Source: Savitreella phatthalungensis (lineage: Eukaryota). Taken from it: DNA of 64,000 nt. Position numbers and translations under genes: made by a program. The stretch spans positions 1 through 64,000 of the forward strand of contig AP039699.1 of NCBI GenBank assembly GCA_051599415.1, given 5' to 3'. Below, piece by piece: positions 42,026-52,040 of the stretch. The notes below the pieces were generated by a model. That model did no database searches. It worked only from the letters and a program-made list of their open reading frames with translations, and was not told the origin of the DNA. Every line of letters begins with the position of its first letter. The first letter of the stretch is position 1.

Positions 42026-45000
42026 ATGACATCTCTTCACAGTGAATCAGAAGGGTCCATTGGTTCTTCATCCCTCTTGCGGGATGATGTCGATAGGCGC
42101 AGCGAAGGTCCTGACGAACTGAGCCTCGAGCGTGCATTGTCACGGCTTGAAGTGCAGCTCCGACTGAAGGATGGTGCGGAGAACATGCTTCAGGTGCTTG
42201 ACGACCGGCTCAATGGTCTACAGAAGGACATGCGCGATGCGCAACGTGTGCGAGTAGTGGACGAGCTCAATCATACGAACTACCAGATCGCCACCCTTCA
42301 GTCGAGAATAGACCAGCTCTCCGGCAGTCGCAAGCCAGCCAGTCGCCAACGGAGCGACGAGAGGCTAGACAGGCGATTTTTTAAAGAATCACGTCTGCGA
42401 ACAGCTTCATCAGCACGACAGCAGATCCGTTTACAGGCCGATCAAGCCGTTGCAAATCTGCTCAGTGCGGATAAACCGGCCACTTTCTACGTGATCCATG
42501 CCAACGAGCTCGCGAAATGTCTTCGACATGACCGGTCCCTATGTGATGAGCTCTTCACAACAAATCTTGTTCAAGCCCTGCTTATGTTCTCTTCTGAGCT
42601 GCACGTCTCTCTCGGAGCAGCAGGCTTTCGTCTGCTACGTTACTTCTGCGTCGACTCGCACAATGCACTCGTCATGCTAAATATTGGGCTGGATCTTTGC
42701 TTGATCGAGGCTCTCGCTGTTACAGACAAAGGCACACTGGTACAGGAAGAGGCCCTACGTCTTGTCCGAGCGCTGGTCCGACGACTGACGATTCGGCCCC
42801 CTTCTGCTGGACTCGCACTCGTGCGCGCTGTGCTTGCTCTAGCTGATGGCGAAGCTCGACTGGGTGTTTTGGCTACAGAGACACTTGCAGAAATGCTGAC
42901 CGTATGGCCAGATCAGGTTATAGAAGTTGGTGGCCTTCGATGTCTTGTGGATAACATGTTGGGTAACGCGAGCGCTATAGCGAGCACGCTTGTAAAGCCG
43001 ATTCTTTGGCTACTTGAACGATCCGCAACCAGGAATTCGACAGACCTCGGCCAAGAACTCGGAGCGATTTACACTCCTTTCACTACCATTACAAATATGT
43101 CCATCGGCATGGGAGTTGATGCTTTTGATGAAAGAAGAACTACAGCCGCTATCAGTCTGATTGTGGGACTGACCAGGACCTGGTCCGGACTGGTGGCGTT
43201 AAGCTTCAATCGCTTCCAAGGGCTCAGCAGCGTCATCGAGTCCCTTCGCGTCCCCGATCATGCGCTTCGCAACAGCGTTCTTGATTTAGTATTCGAAGCC
43301 TTATCCATCCCACGTTCACTGTTGTCTTCGAGCTTCCTAGCTGGTGGCAGACTGATCGCGAATGCTAAAAGACAAGTGCTCAATACGAGCCTGTCCAATT
43401 TTTCCGGAGCAGATGCGAAAGTCTCAGCACAACTTGCAGCATATAGGCTGATGCTTTTCCTGGAGCTTGGACTGCTCGATACATTGGTCGTTGTCATGGA
43501 GGATGGACGCGATCGAGTTTTGGCTCGAAAGGCGACTCTGCTCGCGTCAGAAGCACTGCATATGACGCGGGACATGCTGCCAATAGAATATTGTCGCCGC
43601 TTCCAGTCGCTCGCTACCCTGTTCGAACATGCATCGCAAATGATCGAGGGAGACGACGGTCGCCTCGAGTCCACCAGAGCCATCTTTCAAATAGACTCAC
43701 TCACCCGAATGCGCGATCACACTTCCCCACGATTGCAACAAACCACTTCCATCACGACGGCATCTGAGACTGATGGCCAGCGCGGACAACGACAGGTCGA
43801 ACAGGTCAAGATCAAAATGGGCATCCTCATTGATGACAGTCATTTCCGCAATTTGCTTCTCGATACTCACGTCCTGAGCACGAAGAACTTCGCCAAATGG
43901 AACTGGGACACTCTAAATGAGCTCGTGCAAGGGCCCCTCCTCAATCCGAAGCGCCTCGAAGAGAGTATCAAGGCGACGAAGTTCATGAAGCGGCTGCTTG
44001 CGTTCTTCCGACCGTTCAACAATCGATTTTCCGACATAAAAAACACCAGACCTAATCAGCGATATATTCGCCTCGGCTGCACGTTGATCGAAACACTTTT
44101 GACGAATGTGGAGGGCGTTAAATATCTGTTCGAATCTAAGCTTCTGAGGCAATTGTCAGAATGTCTCGCGCAGCTTGACCCAATGGCTGGCATCGCCACT
44201 GCTCCAGAGGTTTTCTTCTCCCGAGACCGCTTACGAGACACCCTAAGTCACGGCTACTTTGCAATGCTAGGCGTTTTATCTGCTCATACACAAGGCTCTG
44301 CGATGCTGGAACGCTGGCGTGTTTTCACCAGCTTGTATCGAATCACAGACCTTCACTCGCGCCACGACCTTGTGGTAGTGCTGTTAACACATCTGCAATA
44401 TAGCAATGCTGGTCATGCGCGTATCATGCTTGCGAAAGCCTTGACAACAGGCGTGCGCGATGTGAGACTGTTTGCCACGATGCACCTTGGTGGCATCCTG
44501 CTAAATGAGGATCGAGACCGCGATAGGGGCATCGGTCAATGGGCTATGCGTCTTCTCGTGAATCAGTTGTACGATCCCAATGACGACGTTTGCTGCGCCG
44601 CTGTCGACTGTCTGCAAAAGGCTTGCAAAATACGTCATCACCTAGAATACGCTGTTGAGTTGCGCCCTGCTTTGGATCATCTTGGCGACATTGGGAATCC
44701 GCTACTGGTACGCTTCCTGGCAACGCGCATTGGCTTCAGCTACCTTCTTGATCTGAACTATATAGATCGTGAACTCGAGCACTGGCATCGCCATTTAAAC
44801 GTCGACTACGTTCATAAGGTCGAGCAGCATTTTGCGCACCTTACGGCGTCACCATTGCCCTACCATTTCTATGGAGAACTCGCCAAGACGGATGAAGGCT
44901 GTCGACTGCTGAAGTCCAAGGGACATTTGCCGGCGTACGTCGATATTTTAGAGACCGACTGGTCAAGCCCGCATCGAAACGATGAAGAGGTATGCGCGGC

Positions 45001-45631
45001 AAAAGCAGCGCTTTGGGCGATCGGCAACGTCGGCGCTGAAGAATTGGGAATTTCGTTTCTCATCGATACTGGAGCAGTCGATCTCATAGTCGACCTTGTC
45101 AAGACGGCTAGCCACGTAAGCCTACGGGGTACAGCTTATCTCGTCCTGGGGCTGATCGCGAGAACGCAAATTGGCGTCAAGATGATAGAGTCTCATGGCT
45201 GGCATTGTGTTGTCGACGTCCTCGGGAGACCTGGCGGGGTGTGTATTCCGCGAAGTGCGACAGACGTTTTTATGGGACTCGGCGGCCGTATCTCTCGACA
45301 GCAGCCAAGGATCGAAATCGCCCAAAGGTCCGATGCAGTCGTCGATATACTTCTTGGCAATTTGAGCAACCACATCCTTGCCAACGACGCTGCAAAAAAG
45401 CTTCTTGCTTTGCGGCAGCATGATCCCTCGATATTCAATAATCCGGAGCTATTCGCCAGAACAACTGCAACGCTCGCGCAGACGCACTACCGTCTGGCAG
45501 TGCGCAACTTCATATTGCGGCTTTTTCCGCGTGACCAATTGCGCCGACAAATTGCGACGTTATGTCTCCGGCAGGGCGGAGCGATCGGCAACGGCACAAA
45601 GACGCGACCACGCTCACGGACAGTGGTTTGA
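42026..45631 (+). CDS. AVO3: TORC2 subunit Rictor (Avo3/Ste20)
   Basis: N-terminal HR1 (LKDGAENML), Rictor-family motifs RQVEQVKIKMG..IDD..FR, WNWD..LVQGPLLNPKRLEE, P.HFYGEL..T.EG and KAALWAIGN. Confidence 0.93.
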   Translation: MTSLHSESEGSIGSSSLLRDDVDRRSEGPDELSLERALSRLEVQLRLKDGAENMLQVLDDRLNGLQKDMRDAQRVRVVDELNHTNYQIATLQSRIDQLSGSRKPASRQRSDERLDRRFFKESRLRTASSARQQIRLQADQAVANLLSADKPATFYVIHANELAKCLRHDRSLCDELFTTNLVQALLMFSSELHVSLGAAGFRLLRYFCVDSHNALVMLNIGLDLCLIEALAVTDKGTLVQEEALRLVRALVRRLTIRPPSAGLALVRAVLALADGEARLGVLATETLAEMLTVWPDQVIEVGGLRCLVDNMLGNASAIASTLVKPILWLLERSATRNSTDLGQELGAIYTPFTTITNMSIGMGVDAFDERRTTAAISLIVGLTRTWSGLVALSFNRFQGLSSVIESLRVPDHALRNSVLDLVFEALSIPRSLLSSSFLAGGRLIANAKRQVLNTSLSNFSGADAKVSAQLAAYRLMLFLELGLLDTLVVVMEDGRDRVLARKATLLASEALHMTRDMLPIEYCRRFQSLATLFEHASQMIEGDDGRLESTRAIFQIDSLTRMRDHTSPRLQQTTSITTASETDGQRGQRQVEQVKIKMGILIDDSHFRNLLLDTHVLSTKNFAKWNWDTLNELVQGPLLNPKRLEESIKATKFMKRLLAFFRPFNNRFSDIKNTRPNQRYIRLGCTLIETLLTNVEGVKYLFESKLLRQLSECLAQLDPMAGIATAPEVFFSRDRLRDTLSHGYFAMLGVLSAHTQGSAMLERWRVFTSLYRITDLHSRHDLVVVLLTHLQYSNAGHARIMLAKALTTGVRDVRLFATMHLGGILLNEDRDRDRGIGQWAMRLLVNQLYDPNDDVCCAAVDCLQKACKIRHHLEYAVELRPALDHLGDIGNPLLVRFLATRIGFSYLLDLNYIDRELEHWHRHLNVDYVHKVEQHFAHLTASPLPYHFYGELAKTDEGCRLLKSKGHLPAYVDILETDWSSPHRNDEEVCAAKAALWAIGNVGAEELGISFLIDTGAVDLIVDLVKTASHVSLRGTAYLVLGLIARTQIGVKMIESHGWHCVVDVLGRPGGVCIPRSATDVFMGLGGRISRQQPRIEIAQRSDAVVDILLGNLSNHILANDAAKKLLALRQHDPSIFNNPELFARTTATLAQTHYRLAVRNFILRLFPRDQLRRQIATLCLRQGGAIGNGTKTRPRSRTVV

Positions 45632-45988
45632 GCCCGGACTACGAGAGCGAGATTGAGAACGATTGCGCGGTCGAGGGAGTCCATCATCAGGCAGCGCCAC
45701 TTTCGTTGACTCCTTCATTGGATGAACGAACGCGAAGTCAATCTTGAGCTGTTGAGCCGCGAGCTTCAGTCCGTTGGCGCAAGCTATGGCTTCTCTAGCC
45801 TCTGTAAACTGAGCATATTCGACGAGTGCGTAGCCCTTAGCAAAGCCTGTTCGCCTGTCAAGATTGAGATGCAAACTGGCGACTCGTCCGTACTCACTGA
45901 AGATATCTAGGAGCTCTTCTTCATGACATTCTTCGTGCAATCCTGTCACCATTAGAACCCATCCAGAGGCTGATCGAACGGGTTCCAT
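45614..45988 (-). CDS. RBM8A: Exon junction complex RRM protein Y14
   Basis: P.RS..GW.L.VTGLHEE..LHLNLDRRTG..KGYALVEY, with an RS tail. Confidence 0.92.
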   Translation of the reverse strand: MEPVRSASGWVLMVTGLHEECHEEELLDIFSEYGRVASLHLNLDRRTGFAKGYALVEYAQFTEAREAIACANGLKLAAQQLKIDFAFVHPMKESTKVALPDDGLPRPRNRSQSRSRSPGSNHCP

Positions 45989-46442
45989 AATCCATCTCTT
46001 GTGGAGGATGTCCTGCGTCGGGCAATAATATGATATACAATGAATTTGCTTGCATATGCGAAACGATTACCACTTCCAGATCCCTGTCTGCGGCAGGCCG
46101 TGGAGTCATAGGCGGAAAATGAGTGGCTTGCGAGATCTCTCCTGCTCTCGGCCAATTCCATGAAGGATCAATCTCCACTGAATTTCCAGCGCTGAATTTC
46201 AAGAGTCCATCACGTTTTCGGCGGCAGCGTGATTCATTATCCCAAAACCTGCTCGCAAATCTAGCGATATCATCAGTGATGTACACGTGACCTGCATCAT
46301 CTCACTTCGCGCGCTGGAATCGTGAGAAACTGATGGCTGTGACCAAATTCTCAGTGCTCCGCCCAGGGGGTCCTGTCTGGTCATCAGCACATGATCCATA
46401 CAAAGTGGTGGACGACACGGGAGTATAGAGAATCAGCGCAAC

Positions 46443-46967
46443 ATGTCGGACAAGGAGCAGAACCCGATGCGGGAGCTCCGCATCCAGAAGCTTGTGCTCA
46501 ACATTTGTGTCGGCGAGTCTGGCGACAGATTGACACGTGCTGCGAAAGTACTGGAGCAGCTTTCTGGCCAGACACCCGTCTATTCGAAGGCGCGCTATAC
46601 CGTCAGAACTTTCGGTATCCGCAGAAACGAAAAGATCTCTGTCCATGTGACAGTGCGCGGTCCGAAGGCTGAGGAGATTCTCGAACGCGGTCTCAAGGTC
46701 AAGGAGTACGAGCTTCGTCGTCGCAACTTCAGCGCAACTGGCAACTTTGGTTTCGGTATCCAAGAGCACATCGACCTTAACATCAAGTACGATCCCTCGA
46801 TCGGTATTTACGGCATGGACTTCTACGTTGTGATGGGCCGACCCGGAGGGCGGATTGCCATTCGTAAGGAGAAGCAGGCTCGCATTGGTGCTTCTCATCG
46901 TGTGACAGCTGCAGACACGATCAAGTGGTTCAAAAATAAGTACGACGGTATTGTGCTCAACAAGTAA
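46443..46967 (+). CDS. RPL11: 60S ribosomal protein L11 (uL5)
   Basis: [34 protein letters not shown]...[12 protein letters not shown]. Confidence 0.98.
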   Translation: MSDKEQNPMRELRIQKLVLNICVGESGDRLTRAAKVLEQLSGQTPVYSKARYTVRTFGIRRNEKISVHVTVRGPKAEEILERGLKVKEYELRRRNFSATGNFGFGIQEHIDLNIKYDPSIGIYGMDFYVVMGRPGGRIAIRKEKQARIGASHRVTAADTIKWFKNKYDGIVLNK

Positions 46968-47003
46968 GTGGTTCCTAGCGAAGACTTTCTTACTCAAAAT
47001 TCT

Positions 47004-48518
47004 TTACGACTCTCCCCAACCTTTCAATTTGAATGCCATGGCCGATGTGCGGTCCCGAACGTGTTTGCACGCTTCCCGCGGATCATCCTTGACATGCAGC
47101 GTCTTACTTTCGCATTCGACCCAGCGAATGCCGTTCCAGAGTTTATACTCCAATGTCTCAGTGTCTGGCCAGAAGGTAGCCTTCGCCGTACTGTGTATAA
47201 ACGTGAGATCGAATGGCAAATCTTGCACTTGGAAATTGAGCTTCGGGTCATGGGAGTGCATGAACATTATCTCCGTCTCGTTGAATGGGTTCCTCTGACC
47301 CATCTGTCCTCGTCCTATCACTTGGTCCTCCTCCCGCTCGATGCCTTCTCCAGTCCAAACATGGATTAGCTCGACAGGTGTTGTGACGAAAGAGAAATTT
47401 TTGCCGAGCGCAAGCGCAGCAAACCCGAATGTGTCCTTGTCGCCGGCTCCCATCGAGTCTAGTGTGATGAGCTTGTAGAACATTCCTGGACCGTACCAGT
47501 TGAAGTAATTGGCAAGCACCATGCTGTCGAGATGGCGACGCTTGTCGACCACCACCTGTCCGGACTCGCACGTTCTTTCGAAGCTGTAGTCCACGTTGTA
47601 GATGTCCCTCAGGGTCTTTGAGTACGAATTTGGCCAAAGATCGGGCCACAAGATCATTCCGTGCTTCATGTAGCCTGGGTTAGCAAAAAGATTATCAGGC
47701 AGCATGACCGGCACATTGTCTGCGTCCAGCAAGATCACCTCCTCGAACGAACAGAACAGGATGGCCAGCGCTTTCATCATATAATTTGTATTGTAGTCGC
47801 GCGGGAATTCAGAGGAGTCCAGAAAGTCCGAGAACTTATGTGCTGTAATTTGAATGCCACTGGCTGCAAGCTCGGCCACGACGCGTGAAGTTTCCTCATA
47901 CTCCTCCTCGTCCTTTGTCCATACCTCAATTGGCAACTTGGATCCAAGCTGCTTCAACATCAACGCCCCTACAGGCCAACAGCGATTGAGAAACCAGCCA
48001 GCTGCACTCATGACATAACCCCTGCCTTTGTAGAGCCTTGCGTAGTCGTAGTATGACGGCAAAGCGTCATTGAGCATGAGGAGAGCCTCTCGAGCTTGAT
48101 CGAATTCGTCCTGGCCAAGGACTGGACTAGCAGCCGCGATCTCCTCGCGATCCAATGCTATCAGCTCGGTGCGATAAATCGGCATCGTCGGCCAGTCCTT
48201 TGGCCACTGGAGTTCTGCAAAAGGGGGAGGATAGTCCATGTAGAGCTGCCGGACATATTTCCAAAGTTTTCGTCTCGTTGCCGTTACGTTGAGAGCGTCA
48301 ACTTCGTCACTTACAAGAGAAGGCACCGGGCCAGAATGATAGAATGGATCTGCAGTCTCTTTGGCAGGTGCCACAGGCGGCCTCAGTTTAGCATCACTTG
48401 TCTGAGTCTGCCACGCGTCTCGAATCGCTTGTGGAGCGGCGGCCAGGCGGTCGTACTGGGTCAGTATAAGCAGGACTATCGCGCAGGCCGCCGCGATGAA
48501 AACATTCATTCGACCCAT
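47004..48518 (-). CDS. GT71 alpha-mannosyltransferase (Mnn2/Mnn5-like)
   Basis: Type II N-terminal TM segment; LPIEVW, SFEEVILLDADN, LWPD.W, ESGQ and GAGDKDTF motifs. Confidence 0.9.
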   Translation of the reverse strand: MGRMNVFIAAACAIVLLILTQYDRLAAAPQAIRDAWQTQTSDAKLRPPVAPAKETADPFYHSGPVPSLVSDEVDALNVTATRRKLWKYVRQLYMDYPPPFAELQWPKDWPTMPIYRTELIALDREEIAAASPVLGQDEFDQAREALLMLNDALPSYYDYARLYKGRGYVMSAAGWFLNRCWPVGALMLKQLGSKLPIEVWTKDEEEYEETSRVVAELAASGIQITAHKFSDFLDSSEFPRDYNTNYMMKALAILFCSFEEVILLDADNVPVMLPDNLFANPGYMKHGMILWPDLWPNSYSKTLRDIYNVDYSFERTCESGQVVVDKRRHLDSMVLANYFNWYGPGMFYKLITLDSMGAGDKDTFGFAALALGKNFSFVTTPVELIHVWTGEGIEREEDQVIGRGQMGQRNPFNETEIMFMHSHDPKLNFQVQDLPFDLTFIHSTAKATFWPDTETLEYKLWNGIRWVECESKTLHVKDDPREACKHVRDRTSAMAFKLKGWGES

Positions 48519-49905
48519 CCTGCTGAAGCTGCTCAACGCTAGTCACGATTCTGTCGTTCCCGTGTCACAAGTTGGCCAGCAACGAGCTGCAGACAACTGC
48601 GACTGTGTGCTGCACGGCACGACTCGTTCTAGCAACCCGTGGCGAGTTTGCCAATCGCGCCGGTGTTCCGCAAGATGGGCTGATCTCCTGATGATGGGAT
48701 CTCCTTCTGTTACGAATACTATAGATGTCGGGACTTCACTACTTCGGGTTGCTGCTCGCCTGTGTGCTTTCCAGCGGGGTCATGCACGTGTTGTGTTGAG
48801 TATCTACTACCGGTTGAACTGTTTTCTGCATTCGACACACGATAAGAATATACTGGCTGAATCTGCACCTGCAGCAATTCAACGGCACGCATGGACTGAG
48901 CTTGTGAATACCTTGTACTATATGGCAGGCTGCATGAAACAGTTGTCTTCATGAATCATTGCAAGGACCAAGATGAATCATTGTATTCACACAATCAAAG
49001 GCGGGACTCCGCTGGGGTGACTTAAGTGGTGCAATTCCGTATCTTGTGCATCAATGGCATGAAGAACAACGCCATGGTTGCCAATATCCTGCAAGTATTG
49101 CAGGCACCTCGGCTTCTTCAGCTTGAAGTGCTTCCATATTCTAGTAAGCTCATGTGGTCTTTCCAGGAACAGGGTCATTACTTGCAGTGGGCCGTCATTC
49201 TGTCATCGCCATCGTTCTTCCGACCCAGACAGCGACCATAACAAGTTTGCTGTGGCTATGAATCTTGCTGAGCCGATCATGATTGAGCTTCATAGTGTGT
49301 GATGGATTGACCTATGCGATCTAGAGCTGCATTATATATGGTTCAGACAGCAGGCTGTTGTTAGTTGGCTTGGATACTATTCATCCGAGATGCGTCGCTC
49401 TAAAAGGTTGTACGCTTCGCTCAGCTTCAGCCTACGATCATGGCCTGATCGGGGAATACACTTCCATTCGACTACAATGGACTTTCGCAGGACAGCAGTT
49501 GTGCATACTCGTGGACAATTATCGGGACACACCATACCATGAACAAAGGAAGGTTTTGTGGTCCTGCCACATGTCAAAGTCGGCGTGCATTGTGATATTC
49601 GAAGCTAGCCTTTTGACTGCAGTCTGATATATGGCATTGCAGGAACTCTGGAGATTCAGACACTGAAAGCGCTCGTCACTACTCGGGGCGTTGCCGCGGC
49701 TAAGCCGCATCCATCTTCAAATGCTGATAGGACTCTATGAGAGACGCTTGTGCCTATTTGTCACAGCGACTTCGTAACGGTGTAACTGGGCCTAAAGCAA
49801 GTCTCCCGGCGGGTTGAGGTAACAGATTTGTTGTCCAGTCAGGGACTTCAATTGGCTATGTCAAAGTGGTCCTTCGGAAGGATTAAGTTCTTAAGCGCTG
49901 TATGT

Positions 49906-49945
49906 GATGCGATGCGATGCGATGCGATGCGATGCGATGCGATGC
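49906..49945. repeat. (GATGC)8 microsatellite
   Basis: 8 perfect pentamers. Confidence 0.95.
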
Positions 49946-50559
49946 GGGGGCCGCATTCGGAGATTCCTGCTTTCGAAGTGCTATGGGCGGTGACGTGCAG
50001 CCAAATTGAGCCTAGACAGTGAAGTCCCTGCCTCAACGACGGAGCCATTCTGCGCTCTCCGTAAGACGATTACAGGGCTGTGACGGGCAGATCAGACGAC
50101 GCAGCTTGCAAGATTACAGGACGCAGGTTCGACGATGGGCAGTGTAGGGCACTTCGCGTGGGATGCAGCGGATGATCTCGTTTCTGTGCTTGATATCCGG
50201 CTCAAAATGGCAGTGCTCAGACTGGACGCACTGATTGACCGCTAGAGGGTGGAAATTCTTCCTCTACTCTCAGATTAGGTTGGAGTTCACCCCCACATAA
50301 CCTTATTTCGTGGGCGAAAGAACGAGGCGCAGCCACAAACGGGATCGCAGACGTCGATTAACTACATGCACATTGTTGCATTTAGCCGGTTTGAATAAAT
50401 TCTGATTGGTCGTTCCGAGCACGCAGCGGAGCGGATGTTGGAGCGGAACACATGAGAAAAGGGAATGGCGATATCGTCCTGCTGCAGGTGAATGACATGA
50501 TCTAGGGTGTGAAGCGTTCTCAGCTGAGCTGCTGCATCGTGCTGACATGCATCAAAACT

Positions 50560-50566
50560 ATATAAG
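50560..50566 (+). promoter_or_regulatory. Putative TATA box of the MFS gene
   Basis: TATATAA ~45-50 nt upstream of ATG 50610. Confidence 0.5.
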
Positions 50567-50609
50567 CAGTCTGACGTGCGTCGTTGCTCGCCGTGCTCGA
50601 ATTGACAAT

Positions 50610-52040
50610 ATGGATGAGAAGCCGAAGTTTGAGTATCATGAAGAGGTTGAGTCACTCAAGGACGAAAAGGACATTGGCAATGATGCTGACTATAGCGGTG
50701 CCGCAGCGAAGACTGATCCAAAGGAGATCAGACTTGTCCGGAAGCTTGATCTTTACATTATGCCGACTATTTTCATCATGTACATGCTGAACTATCTCGA
50801 CCGCAACGCCATCGCCCTCGCACGTCTAGACAACCTCGAAAAAGATCTTCACCTCAAGGGAGTACAATACAACACTTGTGTATCCGTCTTGTTCGCTGGT
50901 TACCTTCTTGGTCAAATCCCTTCAAATTTACTCATCACTCGTGTTCGGCCTTCGATCTATATGGCAAGCTGGATGGCCGTGTGGGCCGTAATCTCGACAA
51001 TGCAAGGCCTTGTCAAGGACTTCAAAGGTCTGCTCGTCACTCGTCTTCTTCTTGGTGTCACTGAAGCTCCCTTCTATCCTGGAGCCCTCTACGTTCTCTC
51101 GATCTTCTACACGCGAAAGGAAATTGCCACCCGTATCTCTATTCTGTATTGCGGCAATATCCTCGCCACTGCCTTCGCTGGCCCGATCGCTCTGGGCATA
51201 TTCAACGGGATGAGCGGTTTTGCTGGATATCCGGGCTGGGCCTGGCTCTTTTTCCTACAAGGCGCGATCACTTTTGTGGTGGCGTGTCTAAGCATTTTGA
51301 CGCTTCCTGATACCCCTTTGACGACCCGATGGCTTTCTGACGACGAGCGTCAGCTCGCTAGCTCGCGTGTTAGACGAGACACAGTCGAAGACCAAGGTGA
51401 AACGTCGCCGCTTCGCGGTGCAAGACAGGCTTTGAAAGATCCACTTTTGTACCTCTTTGCTGCGATTCAGACCTTCCACCTTGGTGCGAACGGTTTCAAA
51501 AACCTGCTACCGTCTGTCATTGCTACACTAAAACTTGGTCGAACCAAGTCCTTACTGCTTGTTTGCCCACCATACCTCCTCGCTGGCGCCGTCACAATTG
51601 TCTATTCCATGTCATCTGGCAGGCACAACGAGCGTACTTGGCACATTACAATCTCGAAGCTCGTGGCAATCTTTGGCTTCATCCTCGCCTGTGCGACGCT
51701 GAACGTTGGCGCTCGTTATTTTGCCATCTGTGTCTTTTGCATCGGCACCTACGCCGTGAACTCGCTGATTTTAGGTTGGGCATCGACAGTTCTTTCACAG
51801 ACACCGGACAAGAAGGCCAGCTCACTGGCGATCATTATGACTTGCGCAAACTCATCCTTCATCTACACACCATATTTATTTCCGAAGACTGACGAGCCCC
51901 GCTATACAATCGGCATGGCTTCATCAGCAGGCTTTTCGCTTGCCACGATCATCGGCACCTGGATCTTACGAATCTGGTTGAAGCGTATCAATAATGCTAA
52001 GACTGCTTCGGGTCATCGTGGCATGTTGTATCCTTACTAG
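50610..52040 (+). CDS. MFS transporter, anion:cation symporter (Dal5/Tna1-like)
   Basis: LVRKLD..P, NYLDRN.I..A, EAPFYPG, G..GW.WLF..QG and PRY..G motifs; about 12 TM segments. Confidence 0.93.
   Translation: MDEKPKFEYHEEVESLKDEKDIGNDADYSGAAAKTDPKEIRLVRKLDLYIMPTIFIMYMLNYLDRNAIALARLDNLEKDLHLKGVQYNTCVSVLFAGYLLGQIPSNLLITRVRPSIYMASWMAVWAVISTMQGLVKDFKGLLVTRLLLGVTEAPFYPGALYVLSIFYTRKEIATRISILYCGNILATAFAGPIALGIFNGMSGFAGYPGWAWLFFLQGAITFVVACLSILTLPDTPLTTRWLSDDERQLASSRVRRDTVEDQGETSPLRGARQALKDPLLYLFAAIQTFHLGANGFKNLLPSVIATLKLGRTKSLLLVCPPYLLAGAVTIVYSMSSGRHNERTWHITISKLVAIFGFILACATLNVGARYFAICVFCIGTYAVNSLILGWASTVLSQTPDKKASSLAIIMTCANSSFIYTPYLFPKTDEPRYTIGMASSAGFSLATIIGTWILRIWLKRINNAKTASGHRGMLYPY

Noticed and set aside
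46336..46345. CTGTGACCA upstream of RPL11 as a Homol-D box
   Set aside because: Two mismatches to TGTGACTG; too weak without comparative data.
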